Made by a program: the position numbers and the translations under genes | From: the human T2T-CHM13v2.0 reference genome, Homo sapiens | Length of the DNA stretch: 64,000 bases | Assembly (NCBI RefSeq): GCF_009914755.1 | Contig: NC_060935.1 | Direction: 5' to 3' (one strand) | Notes under the pieces: generated by a model | What the model was told of the DNA's origin: nothing | What the model saw: the letters and a program-made list of their open reading frames with translations, nothing else | The model's database searches: none | Shown: in pieces, positions 51,671-64,000 of the stretch | Layout: the number at the start of each line of letters is the position of its first letter | How positions within the stretch are numbered: the first letter of the stretch is position 1

Positions 51671-52419
51671 CAGTATTATTTTTAAAGAGACAAAGGGAAA
51701 GGAGTCAGAAATTATAGATTTACAGCCTTTAAAAATTAAGATAAAGTTCCTATGGAACAACAAAAAACATCAGAAAGGTTCAAGAATGATATGATATTCA
51801 CAAGGATAATGGGTATTATGCCATAAAATTTTTACAGAAGCTGACTGAAAATTACTCTTTTAAAAGAAATAACCAGGAAATCAGTGTTAATAAGAAGCAC
51901 TTAAAACAGTACCTGGCTCGTGATAGTTGTTTCATAAATATTGGTTAAACTAATAAAATAAAAGGCGATTTAGTTCTATCATTCCTGAGAATAAGGAATA
52001 AATTGATGTGAATGTTTATTTTTATTGAGGTGGCTACAATCATTAAAACCTAACCCCAAAGCATGAAGACTAACAATAAACTCTTAAAAAGAAAAATTTA
52101 ACATTATCAGGTATCCAAAAAAGATGGGTCAAGCCATAGTGGTTTGAGTTTCAGAAAGGCATTGAAAATAATATTGGCTACTGGAAGACAGAAATATGGT
52201 TATGCAAAAATGGTCAAAACTAAAAAAAAATTAAAATACAGGACTGTAAAAATAGACACAACAGAGCCTATGTCTTGAGAAAAAAAAGCAACGGAATATG
52301 TTATAAATACTAAGTGTCTTACAAAAATGAAAGTCATTTAACTCCTCCAGTCATCCCCCTGGCAATGCTGAATTACATATATTTGTGTTTTTGCACAATA
52401 TTTGCACAATGGATCTCAG

Positions 52420-52552
52420 ACTTTCCTATGCACTATCTGGAGGATGCATACAGATTGTTGCCCCCAACTCCCATCCTACTTGGGTGGGACCTGATAACTC
52501 ATTTCTAGCAAGTTGCCAGGAGATGCGCATGCTGCTGGTGTGGGAACCGCTG
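52420..52552. mobile_element. MER5A-like fragment
   Basis: catttctagcaagttgccaggagatgcgcatgctgctgg. Confidence 0.6.
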
Positions 52553-53169
52553 TTATAGTTAAAAGAAGACTAGATTTAGCTTCTGGATCCCAAGATTGAA
52601 ACCACAATTCTTCCAGTTACTGGTTGACACTAAAGCTAGTAATTTCAAACATGATTCTAACTGATAGCCATAAAAGGTTCAAATATTTTCTACTGAAAAA
52701 CAAAAGGCGTTTGCACCAATAAATTGCTATTATTTGCATCAATAATTAAGGGTTTAACCCTTTAGGGCCTAGATCTGAGAAATGTTGGTGCTAAAATACA
52801 AGGTAATCTTATAGTTGACTTTATCAGTTAGCCACACTTCAGAAGGAAAAAAAATAAAAACAATAAACAAATAATAAAATGTCTTAAACCCTGTCTTATT
52901 CCAGAGGTCAGACATGATACCAGGAAACAGCTGTGAGCTAGAAAAGCTGGGTCAATAGCATCAATAAGTTGCAACTCCTCTGGGGTTGATGTGGTGAAGC
53001 ACCAAGGCATCATATGTATTCATCTGCATATGGAGAAAATATCTCAAATAAGTTTTGCTCAAAGTATTTATAGCATGCTCATCCAGAAGCATTATCACAT
53101 GTTAGTACTACATTTAAAGTACAGCAATTATATATTAAGGGTATTTATGCTTATAATGTTAGTTTTAAT

Positions 53170-53910
53170 CATTAATTCATTCAACAATACTTCTTGAGTT
53201 TGTGGTGTCTGTGTTGTGCACTGTTCCATGCTCTTAGGGACAGGAGTGAAAGATCTGGGACAGTCCCTGTCCTCATTCAGGGAGGGCATTAACTTTTAAA
53301 TGCTTGTATTCTCAAAAGAAAGGCAGACAATAAGATGTAACAAATGAGTAAACCAGACAATTTTATATAGCACTAAGTCCAGGAAGGAAATAAAAGAAAG
53401 TGATGGGGTTTGGCTGGGGACCACTTCAAATAACTGTTCTGCTGAGCACTAGGTCCCAAGCACTATTTCTAAGTACTTAGTCATTTATCAAGCAACTTAC
53501 GTTACACTGACTTTGTGCTGGTACTATTCCAAATGCCTTATAAACATTGATTTACTTAATCACATCACAGCCCAATAAGGCTGGAATTATTATTCAAAAT
53601 ATTCAGATGAAAAAGTGGAGACAGAAAGATTAAGTAAATAGGCCAAGGTCATACAGCTAGTAAGAATTCGGAACCAGGGATTTTGTCTCCCAAGTCTGTG
53701 CTCCTAATTCTTATATTTACTATACTGGCACTTGATTTTCATATATTATCTCACTTAACCATCACAACTATCAACTGAGGAATTATACCTCATATGGCAG
53801 AAGGGGCAACTGAAACACAAGAGAAAAAGAGATTTTGTCAAGGGTAGAATTTGTACCCTCATAGTCTGATTCCAGTCTCTTCTTGACCATTTCATCTTAC
53901 TGCCTCTAGA
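53170..53910 (-). mobile_element. L2 tail plus two MIR fragments
   Basis: ttcattcaacaatacttcttgag; cagatgaaaaagtggagacagaaagattaagtaa...ccaaggtcatacagctagtaag. Confidence 0.7.
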
Positions 53911-55018
53911 TGACCTTTATGGAGAAATCATTATGGTCTAAAAGATAAAAGAAGTAAAAACACTAAAGCAAAATGACTTTATGTTTATATGTCATATAAA
54001 ATATTAGAACAAAGAACTAAGTCTTATTTTAAGATTTTATCACCGAACACCATGTAAAGTTAGTGATTTTATGGGAAGCCCCACAAACACAAGCTGCATT
54101 CCAGTAAAATCCAATATGAAGCATCAGCAACTACCTTCTTGTCTTTCTTTCCCTGCTTATTCACTGTCTTTTCCTTTAACAATAAAATTCTCCAACAATG
54201 CAGGATAAAATAGGCAATATTGTAATATGAAGCATGGGGGTTGGTGAAGTATTAGAATGAGATTCAATATTAGGATTCTTGGCTAACTATCTGAGTGGCC
54301 ATAGACAAATTATTTAATTTCTTTGGGCCTGCAATTTGAGGAGAGAGGATTGTATCAATAATTCAAAACTTGTTTATGTAACGGAACACACAGAATGTAG
54401 TAAAATATTAACCTATTAATTTGTAATAACCACATATCCGATTTTTTGCTAGACCAGATACCACCTTACCATCTTATACTAAGTTCTAGAATAAACAAAT
54501 GCCAGCAAGTCCCAAAGTCATTTTTAAAATGTCTTTGTGAAAAAAATAAGGAAGATCTATACAATTATTTCTGTGAATGGGTCCAAGTCTTCCCTGTCTT
54601 CATTTTTAGTAGCAGGATACTGAGGTTCCCTAAAGCATAGTTTGAATACCAATCAAATAGCTATCCAAGGTTTGTTGTTGTTTTTTTTTTCCAGCCCACT
54701 ATGACCGCTTCACACTAGTGAGCAGGTGAGTTGAAATATCTGTATACAACCCATAGATATCAAACATATCTACAAAAATATCTTTTGAATAGGAAAGACA
54801 CGGTTGTGGACGTTGCTTCTTGTGCGGCTCAGTATCCTTCACCATCCTCTGGCAACCTGACCTTAGTTTCTGTGTGAGAACCAGCAACCTCTTAGTCTCA
54901 GTCCATGTGATTCCAGTGAAGCTGGATCCACCCCTAAGTCTAGTGTTGGTGCACATGACCTGGATCTAAGGCAACTGGCACATCATAAAGAACCCTTCCC
55001 AAAAGGGCTTTGTTTAAA

Positions 55019-55330
55019 CAGTCATACATCATTTAACAAATAAGTTCAGGGAAATGCTTCTAGGCGACTTTGTAATTGTGAGAACATCATAGAGCGTACT
55101 CCACAAATCTGAGATGGTATCGCCTACTATACATCTAGGCTATATGGTATAGCCTATTTCTCCTAGGCTACTAACCTGTATAGCATGTGACTGTACTGAA
55201 TACTGCAGGAAACCGTAGCACAATGGCAAGTATTTGTGTATCTAAACATAGTTAAGGTACAGGAAAATATGAGGCCACTGTTGTCTATGCAGTCTGTCAC
55301 TGACCAAAATTTCCTTATGCTGTGTAATTG
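55019..55330. mobile_element. Tigger3a (MER7A-like)
   Basis: cagtcatac...gaacatcatagag...aggctatatggtatagcctatt...gtatttgtgtatctaaacata. Confidence 0.85.
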
Positions 55331-56052
55331 AGAGACTTTTGCTGATACATACTTGTATGTAATTCAGAGACCAGTAATTCATGAGACTTTTGCTGGTACA
55401 TACTTCTGGTAGGTTCGTATGTATCTGAAATCTGAGAAAGTTTAAGAGACAAAGCTGCTGACATCATGTTCCTTCTTCAAGCCTCCTGAAGGCAGAACTG
55501 AGATGGAGAAAAATAGAAAAGTTGGAGAAGTATCAGTTGAAAAATGTTGGAAAAGCCATTTTCCATGTAGGAAAATTTTTTTCCCTAATGGATTTTTTTT
55601 TTCAGGTTACATGCTTAAATCAGTTTGCACCAGGAATTTTATTACCTGTAACTAAGAGAACAAACCAACATAAACAGACATTGGTTATGTTGTGTTCTCG
55701 AATTCCTGATGGTCAACAAAATGGAAAGACCTATTACAGTTATTGTCATGGCACCACATGCGATTTTTACAATTTTTCCTCCCTTCTGTCACCTCCCAAA
55801 CCCTAAAGTAGGGTATGTGATATTTAATTATTGTGGCTATTAGGCCTAAACTATGAGGCTGCTGAGCCGGTAATTTTGATTTGTTTTGTGTGTGTGTGTG
55901 TTTCTTTTTGTTTTCTTTTTTTTTTTTGTACCTTATAAGTGCTATATTTTATGTTTTCCTTTTTTGCGCTAGTGTTCACCATGATAGGGATTCTACAGTT
56001 AGAAGATAAATCAAGAAATAATCTAAACCAGACCTTTACCAGATTGCAGGAG

Positions 56053-56985
56053 TGTGGTAGATAGAATTTTACAAATCGCCCTCAAAGATGTCTTTCCCTA
56101 ATTTCTGGAATCTGTGAATACGAGATATCACTCCCATAATTATATTATGCTATATGGCACAGCGGACCTCAAGACAGGGTGATTACCTGGGCAAGCATAA
56201 CCTACTTACATGAGTCCGTTTAAACACAGCGAGTTTTCACCAGTTGGCGACAGAAGGAAAAGTCACAGAGATTTAAAGTACAACAGGGGCCGGGCACGGT
56301 GGCTCACGCCTGTAATCCCAGCACTTTGGGAGGCCAAGGCTGGCGGATCACAAAGTCAGGAGATGGAGACCATCCTGGCTAACGTGGTGAAACCCTGTCT
56401 CTGCTAAAAATACAAAAAATTAGCCGGGCGTGGTGGTGAGAACCTGTAGTCCCAGCTGCTCAGGAGGCTGAGGCAGGAGAATGGGCATGAACCCGGGAGG
56501 CGGAGCTTGCAGTGAGCCGAGATCGCGCCACTGTACTCCAGCCTGGGCGACAGAGCGATACTCCATCTCAAAAAAAAAAAAAAAAAAAAAGCACAGCGAG
56601 GATTTGACACACCACTGCTAGCTCTGAAGATGGAAGGGGCTGTGTGCCAAGGAACATGGGTACCCTCTAGGAACTGAGAGTGGCCCTGAGTGACAGCCAG
56701 CCAAAAAAAAGGGGACATCTGTCTTATAACTACGAACAATTGAATTTGACCAACACACTGGAATGATTTGGAAGCTGAGTCTTCCCCAGAGCATCCAGAT
56801 AACAGTCCAGCCTAGCTAACACTTCAATTTCAGCCTTAAGAAGCCCTAAGTAGAGAATCCAGACAAGTTCATTTGGACTTGGTGAAAACTCGCTGTGTTT
56901 AAATGGACTGTGAGATAATAAATGGCCATTGTTTTAAACTGCTATGTTTGTGGTACCTTGTTACCCAGCAATGATAGCTAATACA
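56053..56985 (+). mobile_element. MLT1E-like MaLR LTR interrupted by AluY
   Basis: tgtggtag start; ctgaagatggaagggg; actgtgagataataaat...gctaataca end. Confidence 0.85.
56288..56590 (+). mobile_element. AluY
   Basis: gaccatcctggctaac, ggcggagcttgcagtgagccgagatcgcgcc, poly(A). Confidence 0.95.
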
Positions 56986-57914
56986 GGCAGTTATTGCTAC
57001 AATACCATGTGGTGCTGATGTTTCAGGACAAATAATAAACTAATTATTTGGGCTTTCATGACACAGTGAGAGAGATGTTATTATACTTTTTGTTCAACCT
57101 TGGAATAATGAAATCTATGGTATACCAGTAAACCACAATGAGTATTTTACAAGACGTATAGGCATAATAATATAAAATCTTATGTCTTATATATACTTTA
57201 TATATCTATTTGTAGTCTCATAAATATACTTATATGTATATGTGTGTAGACTAAAAAGGAGCATTCCAATCTCACCAACACACACATATGCACACACCTT
57301 TTCCTACATGTACTTCTTACAAATAAAACAGGAAAAAGACTCTCAAATTTAGGAATTTAATTTTTACTCTTCCTACTCAGAGAAATTTCTGCTTGTGCGA
57401 CCCACTTCTTACACGTGACGGAGGGCAAAATCCTTCCCTCTCCCTCAAGTTTACTGAATTTGACCCCATTTTTTCTTTTCTTTTTCCTTTTTTTTTTTTA
57501 ACTCGCCTTAGACTTACTTATTTTGTTACTCTTACAGAGAAACAGACTTCCAATGTAGGCTTCTAAATAGCTTAGCAGAAAATTCCCTATTAGAAGTATG
57601 CTAAATACCTCCACCTGCTGTTAGAACCAGGAATTCGTTTTGTAGCTACGTTGTAACTTGCTTTTTAAAAAACATTAACACAATTGCTGTAAGTTTAGAG
57701 AAACACTTGCTCTCTAGTTCTAATGGTACCATTCTTTCAGAGGTTCAAGATAACTGTTCCTAGTTTTTTTAACAAACTTTTCTTCTCAGGAGTATCGAAC
57801 CCGCCTAGATAAGCTCATAAGTGCAGTCAAGTAATTTCCTTTCCACAGAGCTCTCCAACTGCATGGAGTCTCTGTTCTCAGTGGTGGATATGTCCAATTG
57901 GGAGATGTTTTTCT

Positions 57915-58420
57915 TTTTTTAAACTTTTTATTCTGAAGTAATTATAGATTCATAGGCAGTTACACAGAGCAGTCCCAAACCCATTTTCCAAGCTTCTCCA
58001 GTGGTAATATCTTACACAAATACGGTACAATGTTAAGAAATTCACACTGGTACAATCCATAGCGCTTATTTAGATGTCACTAGTTATGCATGCACTCATG
58101 TGTGTGTGTTTGCATGTGTGTGTAGCTCTACTCAATTCCATCACATATGTAACACATCACAATCAAGACACTAGACTGTTCAATCACAAGACTCCCTTTA
58201 TTCATATCCACGTTGCTTGCCCCTGGAAACCACTAACCTGTTCTCCATCTCTATAATTATGTTATTTCATGAATGTTACATAAATGGAATCATAAAGTGT
58301 GTTTGCTTTTGAAATTGGCTTTTTCCATTCAGCAGAATTTCACTGTGGTTCATACAAGTTGTTGTGTGTCTCAAGAGTTTATTCCTTCTTAATGTTGAAT
58401 AGTATTCATGTTTAACCATT
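57915..58420 (-). mobile_element. L1MC1/2-like 3' end
   Basis: aattatagattcataggcagtt, ccactaacctgttctccatctctataatt, ataaatggaatcata. Confidence 0.8.
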
Positions 58421-60067
58421 CATAGGAAAAGCCTTTCTGCTTGTAAATATGGAGTGCTACCCAATGTCCTCAGTCATATTCAGAGAATAGCTGCATCTTA
58501 GTAGCCATATATGATGTGTACCAAATAAACACTAAGGTATCTTTTTCTCAACTTATTTTGAAACACTGAAAATTTTTTATACTGTCAAATTTCCAGTGGT
58601 AGACATGGGTTCAATTATGCCAAAGTTAAATTCATTGAAAAAGAAAATTAAAAACTTTCAAAATTAAGAGTCCTGTTAATCTCAAAGTGTTCACTGGCCT
58701 CAGTAAGAAAAAAAAAAAGCCATATGTGCAATTAAGGGTAGAAAAAGAGAAAAAAAAATTCTGGTTGCTTCCAGGGAACTTATACCAGTTAGAAAATTAT
58801 GACCTACCTCGTGATGAGAGCTTTCTGCTTGATATATGAGCTCACTTAAATAGAAATTAAAACAAATCCTAGGTTTCTGTTAAGATATGACACATATAAA
58901 AACATCCATTCTCAAACTGGCAGAACTGGACGGCAGTTTTCACAATAAAAACTTTACACGTTTATGCATTATTGTTAGGGGAGCCATCATTTTATAAATA
59001 AGAAATCAGACTCTTTCACCTTCATGAAATGTCCTTCTCTTTCCTTTCAAACAAAACAAATCCCAACTATCCTTCTTCTGGTTCCAGACCCTTCTCTTCC
59101 ACAATGTCTTCCAAACACACAGCCATCCATTCTTTCCCACACTCTTGGCATTTGTGAGGTGGCGTATCCTCATGTACTGCTGTGTGGAAATTCCATTTGA
59201 GTCTTATTATTTAACTTCTACCCTGTGTTCCAAGTTTCTATCTGTTGTTCATTGTCATCTTTTTTATAAAAGCAAAAAAAAATTGGAAACCTCTTAAAGT
59301 CCTATAACATTACATTATACAAATTAAGGTTCACACTGAAGGATGATAATGTAGTCATATATTTAATGTAAGGAAAACATGTTCACAGAAAATCTTAATG
59401 TCTGTTATTGTGTTGTCATTGTTGAACAGAAAAAAAAATCAGCATGTCCTCAGTTTTGTAAATGTAACTACAACAGCCAGATATTTATAAAAAGGGAGAG
59501 AGAAAAAATAATAATCAAGATTGTATATTTTTTTCTGTTCATTAGTTTTTTAAGGGTTAGTGATAAACATGCATAAAGAGAAACAATAAAAGTCATTAAA
59601 GTTTTTAACCTTATCTCTTCAACTACATTTCAACTTTCTCAAGAGTAGACTATCACTTTTATTTATATCCTCCAACTTGGCAATAGAGGTGATTTAATAT
59701 ACTCAATTTCTTTTATTCACAGAGGCTAAAAACACATTTTTATAATGTGACTATAGTTTGTCACTACTAAGTTATTTCATTGTGTATATTCATATTTAGA
59801 TTGCAAAATTCCTTGAGGATGGAGGGATTTTTTTTAACTTAAAGACCACTGTAATACTATATAGTACAATTCTCTACATCCTATGATAACTGAAAAATTA
59901 CTTTTTGAATAACATATAAAATTTAGCAGTGCACAACTTATTTAAAGGCAGGAATTCAGATTCTTTAAAGAGATTTCAGATTCTTTAAAGACAGGAATTT
60001 GTTGCATTTTATAATATTTTGCACTTTATACTAATACTAACAATAGCACATTATTATTGTCATACAA

Positions 60068-60290
60068 GCTGCCATTTACCGAACATTTACTATACCAAGA
60101 ACTGGGCTCAACTTTAATATTCATAGTCTCATTTAAACGTCACAATAATCACTATCCCTCTTTTGTATTTGAGGAAATCAAGTAATATTAAATATCTTAC
60201 CCCAAATCATACAGTGAGTACTTAGGAGAGCTAGGACTGGAAGCCACACTAATCTGACTGTAGTTCAGAGATGTCAGGAAGTTATGCCAT
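60068..60290 (-). mobile_element. MIR
   Basis: gccatttaccgaacatttactat...tctcatttaa...gaggaaatc. Confidence 0.7.
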
Positions 60291-60663
60291 CTCTCCTTAT
60301 AAGTGCTCAATGAGCATTTATCAAATGAATGGATGAATACAAAAATGAGAAATTAATGCATATTAGCTATTACTATGAATTGACTTTCAAATATTAGTAA
60401 ATCATAGAATAAGAGAGAACACAATGAAAAAAGTTTAGCAATGGGAGTTAAAGATTTAAATCCTGATACGAAATTCACCAAATTAAAATCTAGAAAATGC
60501 ATCCTACATTGTTTCTGGGCATCTGAATATTGGCACATTGCTCTGTCTGCTCAGTCGAACCCCTTGCCTCTAATTCACAGAAAGCCCCAATTAGAGACTT
60601 CTGGTCAAAAAAGAATGGACTCATGACAAACATACAGATAACAAGTCAGTTAAAAGGACTGTC

Positions 60664-60968
<305 letters not shown>

Positions 60969-61581
60969 TTAGTTGTATTAAAATAGATACACTGATGGGC
61001 AATTAAAATGGCTACATATACTATAACAATTATTCTTAACTTATTTGAAATCAAACTTCTTTATTGTTTAGAAATATTTAAAGAGGTCATTCATCATAAG
61101 AGACTGATATTTGGTATTTCTGTTTTAAAAATGTAAAAGTAATTCTGAGACACGGCCTATGTCATAGTTTGGTTAATTCTGTATTCCAGTTTTAAAACAA
61201 TAAAAAATAAAAATGGATGACTTTTGTTTGTGCAAAGAAAATAAAATGCTGTCAGAAAGTACAAATTCAGGTCTCTTATTTGATCAGGTTAGTTATATAA
61301 GCTTTATAAAATAGAAAGGAATAAAGACGGTAACTTGACAGGCCATGAAGTCAAACAAACCTCATGATCAATAAATTTGCCCAACCCAAGTCAGATTTTC
61401 ACTAGTGATGGCACGGAAAGATTTTGTAACACTATGAACTCATGAATATCATGAGCTTTTTGTATACATTTTTATTTTCAAGTGTCCAACAAAGTTTCTG
61501 GCAGAAAGAAGGTACTTAATGAATATTCAGAGACTGAACAAATACATTCTAGACAAGAATTAAAGATGTTTGGGGGATTCA

Positions 61582-64000
61582 GGGGATCATGGTGGACGGG
61601 AGGCAAGACTAGATTGCAGCTCTGGACAGAGCAGCATGAGGAGGTTAGCATTGTGAATTTTAGCTCTAGATCGACTGCATGAATAAACCAGCAATCCCAA
61701 GAGGACCCGCAGACCCTCTGAAGGAAGTGGACTGCTCCTGCAGGGCCCAAGAGACACCCCAAATACTGTGAGTGCCTCAACTGCGAAAGTGGGAAAGGGA
61801 GACCCTCCTCTCCCAAACACACACCTTCAGTGGAGAAGCTGAAGGTCTGTTTGCGGGAGAAGTTTCCAACTTTACTTGGAGCTGAGTCAAGTTAGAGAGC
61901 CGAGTGAAATACAGGGGTACAGGAAGCAGCAGAAAGGCCCTGGGAGCTTGCTGGCTCCCCAAGCAGCCATTCCTGCCTGGCACCACAGGGATCCATTGCG
62001 AGGGTGGCCAGAGGAGCAAGGAGTAAAACTCCACAGGGAGAAGGAAATCTCTAGCTGAACTTCGTAAAAATTTGAACAGGGCAAGAAGCCTCCTGGCCAG
62101 AACTCCAGGGAGGGTGAGAATCTGGCTTGCAGACTTCACAGGTAGGGGAAGAACTAAAGCCCTTTTCTGTCACAGCTGGGAGGCAGATAGCCTCAGGCAA
62201 ATTTTCAAGTCCATCTCGCCCTCATCTGCAAACGGACTCAGGGCTGTTGGGGGTGGGCACAGTGGGAGTGGGATGGGCCCTTCAGTTTGCATGGGAGCGG
62301 GGTGAGGCCTATGACTGCCCGCTTTCCTCCACTTCCCTGACAACCTGCATGACTCAGCAGAGTCAGCCATAATCCTCCTAGGCACACAACTCCAGTTACC
62401 TGGGAATCTCACCTTCATCCCCTACAGCAGCTGCAGCAAGACCTGCCCAAGGACAGTCTGAGCTCAGACACGCCTACCCCTGCCCCCACCTGATGGTCCT
62501 TCCCTATCAACCCTGATAGTGGAAGACAAAGGGCATTTAATCTTGGAAGTTCTAGGGTCCCACCCATCGCCAGTCGCTCTCCACATTACTACAGCTGATG
62601 CTTCCTGGAAAGCACCGTGTCCTGGCAGGAGGCCAACCAGCACAAAAATAGAGCATTAAATCACCAAAGCTAAGAACCCTCATGGAGTCCACTGCACCTG
62701 CTGCCACCTCCACCAGAACAGCCACTGGTATCCTCGGCTGAGAGACCCATAGATGATTCATATCACAGAACTCTGTGCAGACAACCCCTAGTACCAGCCT
62801 GGAGCCGGGAAGACTCACTGCTTCACTAGACCCAGAAGAGAGACAACAATAACTGCAGTTCAACTCACAGGAAGCTACATCTATAGGAAAAGGGGGAGAG
62901 TCTACATCAAAGAATCTGAACAACAGCCTTCAGCCCTAGACCTTCCCTCTGACAGAGCCTATGCAAATGAGAAGGAACCAGAAAACCAACTCTGATAATA
63001 TGACAAAACAAGGCTCTTCAACACCCCCAAAAAACCACACTAGTTCACCAGCAATGGATCCAAAACAGGAAGAAATCCCTGATTTACATGAAAAAGAATT
63101 CAGAGGCTAGTTGTTAAGCTAATCAGGGAGGGACCAGAGAAAGGCAAAGCCCAATCCAAGGAAATCCAAAAAATGATACACGAAGTGAAGGGAGAAATAT
63201 TCATGGAAATAGATAGCTTAAAAAAAATCAAATTCAGGAAAATTTGGACACAGTTTTAGAAATGTGAAATGCTCTGGAAAGTCTCAGCAATAGAACTGAA
63301 CAAGTAGAAGAAAGAAATTCAGAGCTCAAAGACAAGGTCTTCAAATTAACAATCCAACAAAGACAAAGAAAAAACAATAAGAAAATATGAACAAAGCCTC
63401 CAAGAAGTCTGGGATTATGTTAAACAACCAAATCTAAGAATAATTGGTGTACCTGAGGAAGAAGAGAATTACAAAATCCTGGAAAACATATTTGGGGGAA
63501 TAATCAAGGAAAACTTCCCCAGCCTTGTGAGAGACCTAGACAGCTAAATACAAGAAGCACAAAGAACACCTGGGAAATTCACAGCAAAAAGATCTTCGCC
63601 CAGGCACATTGTCATCAGGTTATCCAAAGTTAAGATGAAGGAAAGAATCTTAAGAGCTGTGAGGCAGAAGCACCAGGTAACCTATAAAGGAAAACCTATC
63701 AAATTAACAGGAGATTTCTCAGCAGAAACCCTACAAACTAGAAGGGATTGGGGACCTATCTTCAGCCTCCTCAAACAAAACAGTTATTAGCCAAGAATTC
63801 TGTATCCAGCAAAACTAAGCATCATATATGGAGAAAAGATATAGTCGTTTTCAGACAAACAAATGGTGAGAGAATTCGCCATTACCAACCACCACTAAAA
63901 GAACTGCTAAAAGGAGCTCTAAATCTTGAAACAAATCCTAGAAACACATAAAAACAGAACATCTTTAAAGCATAAATCACACAGGACCTATGAAGCAAAA
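61582..64000 (+). mobile_element. L1PB (L1PBa-type 5' UTR) element with intact 5' end, running off the window
   Basis: ggggatcatggtggacgggaggcaagactagattgcagctc matches the recalled L1PBa 5' terminus; followed by ORF1. Confidence 0.88.
62967..63951 (+). pseudogene. Decayed L1 ORF1p (frameshifts and stops)
   Basis: Begins MRRNQKTNSDNMTKQGSSTPPK; later aatctaagaataattggtgtacctgag (NLRIIGVPE) and LKELLKGALNLE motifs. Confidence 0.85.

Noticed and set aside
57412-57419. E-box CACGTGAC (USF/TFE-type)
   Set aside because: Isolated 8-mer with no promoter context or CpG island
61478-62923. Cluster of overlapping ORFs on both strands
   Set aside because: Expected in a GC-rich L1PB 5' UTR; not host genes

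Overview
AT-rich primate (human-like) genomic DNA, either deep intronic or intergenic. AluY/S/J, L1PA, L1PB, THE1/MST/MLT LTRs, MIR, L2 and MER/Tigger DNA transposons make up much of it. I cannot support any protein-coding gene, structural RNA gene or CRISPR array. The listed ORFs are chance frames or lie in repeats, and the only recognisable coding remnants are decayed L1 ORF1/ORF2. I could not identify the host locus and found no evidence of a new enzymatic or defence system. The most unusual signal is a set of local rearrangement scars readable directly from the sequence: (1) a ~400 bp inverted duplication carrying a MER30 at the window start; (2) an ~80 bp micro-inversion between an Alu and a (TA)n tract; (3) a 161 bp direct duplication ending in a snap-back hairpin; (4) a 30 bp inverted templated insertion inside an MLT1 LTR; (5) a fold-back inside an AluY; (6) two AluY copies 33 kb apart sharing non-consensus variants. 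There is also a ~7.5 kb stretch with no repeat I can recognise, plus several candidate regulatory motifs and unvalidated exon candidates. Repeat family names come from recalled consensus sequences, not a database search, so subfamily calls and boundaries are approximate.
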